From the NCBI GenBank assembly GCA_041396705.1, contig JAWKYB010000012.1:933-64932 (forward strand): 64,000 nucleotides of DNA, read 5' to 3'. Origin of the DNA: Alphaproteobacteria bacterium (GTDB taxonomy: Bacteria; Pseudomonadota; Alphaproteobacteria; CALKHQ01). Positions 63,202-64,000 of this stretch are shown here, one piece after another. The position numbers and the translations under genes were made by a program. Within the stretch, counting starts at the first letter, position 1; every line of letters starts with the position of its first letter. The notes below the pieces were generated by a model that did no database searches, was not told the origin of the DNA, and saw only the letters and a list, made by a program, of their open reading frames with translations.

Positions 63202-63726
63202 ATGAGCGCTACGTTGACTGTCGAGATTCAGGCCCTGATGCCCCGTCTTCTGGCCTATGCCCGGTCGATGACCCGTGGCGGCGACAATGCCGACGATCTG
63301 GTTCAGACCTGCCTTGAGCGGGCCCTGCGCAACATCAACCAGTTCAAGCCCGGCACAAATCTGCGGGCCTGGATGTTCACCATTCTGCGCAACACGCACA
63401 TCAACGAGATCCGCCGCCGCGCGCGCTGGGCCGGCAGCATGGATTGCACCGAATGCGAGGACCTGTTCCCGGTGTCGGCGACGCAGGAGAGCCGGGTCGA
63501 ACTGCGCGACTTCCGCCGCGCCTTCGCCAAGCTGTCGGACCAGGACCGTCGCGTGCTGACCCTGGTCGGCGCCGAGGGCATGAGCTACCAGGACGCCGCC
63601 GAGGCCCTCAGCGTGCCGATCGGCACCGTGCGCTCGCGTCTGTCGCGCGCCCGCAACCGGCTGCGCGAGCTGATGGACGACACGCCGGCCCAGGCGATGC
63701 CCGGCACCGGCGCCTACGTGCACTGA
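63202..63726 (+). CDS. RNA polymerase sigma-70 factor, ECF subfamily
   Basis: 174 aa from ATG at 63202. Region 2 (DLVQTCLERALRNINQF...AWMFTILRN). Region 4 (LSDQDRRVLTLVGAEGMSYQDAAEALSVPIGTVRSRLSRAR). Confidence 0.9.
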   Translation: MSATLTVEIQALMPRLLAYARSMTRGGDNADDLVQTCLERALRNINQFKPGTNLRAWMFTILRNTHINEIRRRARWAGSMDCTECEDLFPVSATQESRVELRDFRRAFAKLSDQDRRVLTLVGAEGMSYQDAAEALSVPIGTVRSRLSRARNRLRELMDDTPAQAMPGTGAYVH

Positions 63727-63803
63727 GCATCGCAGCGCTAACGCGATCGTCCGGCGCTTCCCGCGACGAGACCGTTCCCGCGCGCAGCCCCGTGCCGCTT
63801 ACC

Positions 63804-63829
63804 CGACGCCGGCGTCCCCGCCGGCGTCG
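63804..63829 (+). terminator. GC-rich stem-loop downstream of the ECF sigma gene (possible terminator; no U-tract)
   Basis: CGACGCCGGC-gtcccc-GCCGGCGTCG, a 10-bp perfect stem, about 75 nt after the stop codon. Confidence 0.25.
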
Positions 63830-64000
63830 GTACGATGCAGGACCAGCCCGAACGGAAGCGGTCATGACTCGGAGCGCACGGCAGTAACGGATCGAATTTG
63901 TCGGAGATGATCGAGACCTAACACTGATTTCACCCTGCGGCGCATCTGCGCTGATTTGCGTAACACCGCAGAATCCTTCGGTTTTTTCCGACCGGATCGA

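Noticed and set aside
62967-63317. 116-aa plus-strand ORF and a 64-aa minus-strand ORF across the AT-rich island
   Set aside because: They overlap the promoter region and the true ECF sigma start (RBS + ATG at 63202) in wrong frames, with atypical codon usage. This is most likely non-coding regulatory DNA.

Overview
High-GC (~70%) chromosomal segment, most consistent with an alphaproteobacterium (Rhodospirillales/Rhizobiales-like codon usage and gene order). It is mostly housekeeping DNA with accessory islands. The main features, in order, are listed below.

- A LuxR/LuxI acyl-homoserine-lactone quorum-sensing pair whose synthase gene is followed, at operon spacing, by a small ORF and a cytochrome P450.
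- A CPA1 Na+/H+ antiporter fused to a cyclic-nucleotide-binding domain, then a nitroreductase.
- A proline-rich membrane protein.
- A divergent phosphoenolpyruvate-carboxylase-like gene, followed by a DUF502 gene.
- recG, an sdhE-like gene and mfd.
- A DsbA-like gene, mmsA, and an nnr gene interrupted by an in-frame TGA.
- tRNA-Leu, tig (ending in a His/Asp repeat tail), clpP, clpX, lon, an HU gene and tRNA-Val.
- mepA.
- An orphan set of CO-dehydrogenase/xanthine-dehydrogenase-type molybdoenzyme maturation genes: a MobA-like fusion, a split XdhC, a CoxE-like VWA protein, a CoxD-like MoxR ATPase, and nearby a coxG with an apparent N-terminal frameshift.
- A ydbH-ynbE-ydbL operon.
- TAXI-TRAP transporter genes and an NhaD/ArsB-like permease.
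- A universal stress protein gene.
- A NitT/TauT-type ABC transporter.
- An AcuC/HDAC-like gene, a DUF192 gene, a frameshifted degP/htrA, an OmpR-type response regulator with a histidine kinase, and a protein made of tandem peptidoglycan-binding repeats.
- exoD, a divergent UDP-sugar epimerase/dehydrogenase pair, and an ECF sigma factor behind an AT-rich promoter island.

No transposases, integrases or CRISPR arrays were seen. Many long ORFs in the six-frame track are antisense shadows of real genes, an artefact of high GC. Coordinates that I derived by reading the sequence directly (tRNAs, hairpins, promoter elements, motifs) may be off by 1-2 nt.
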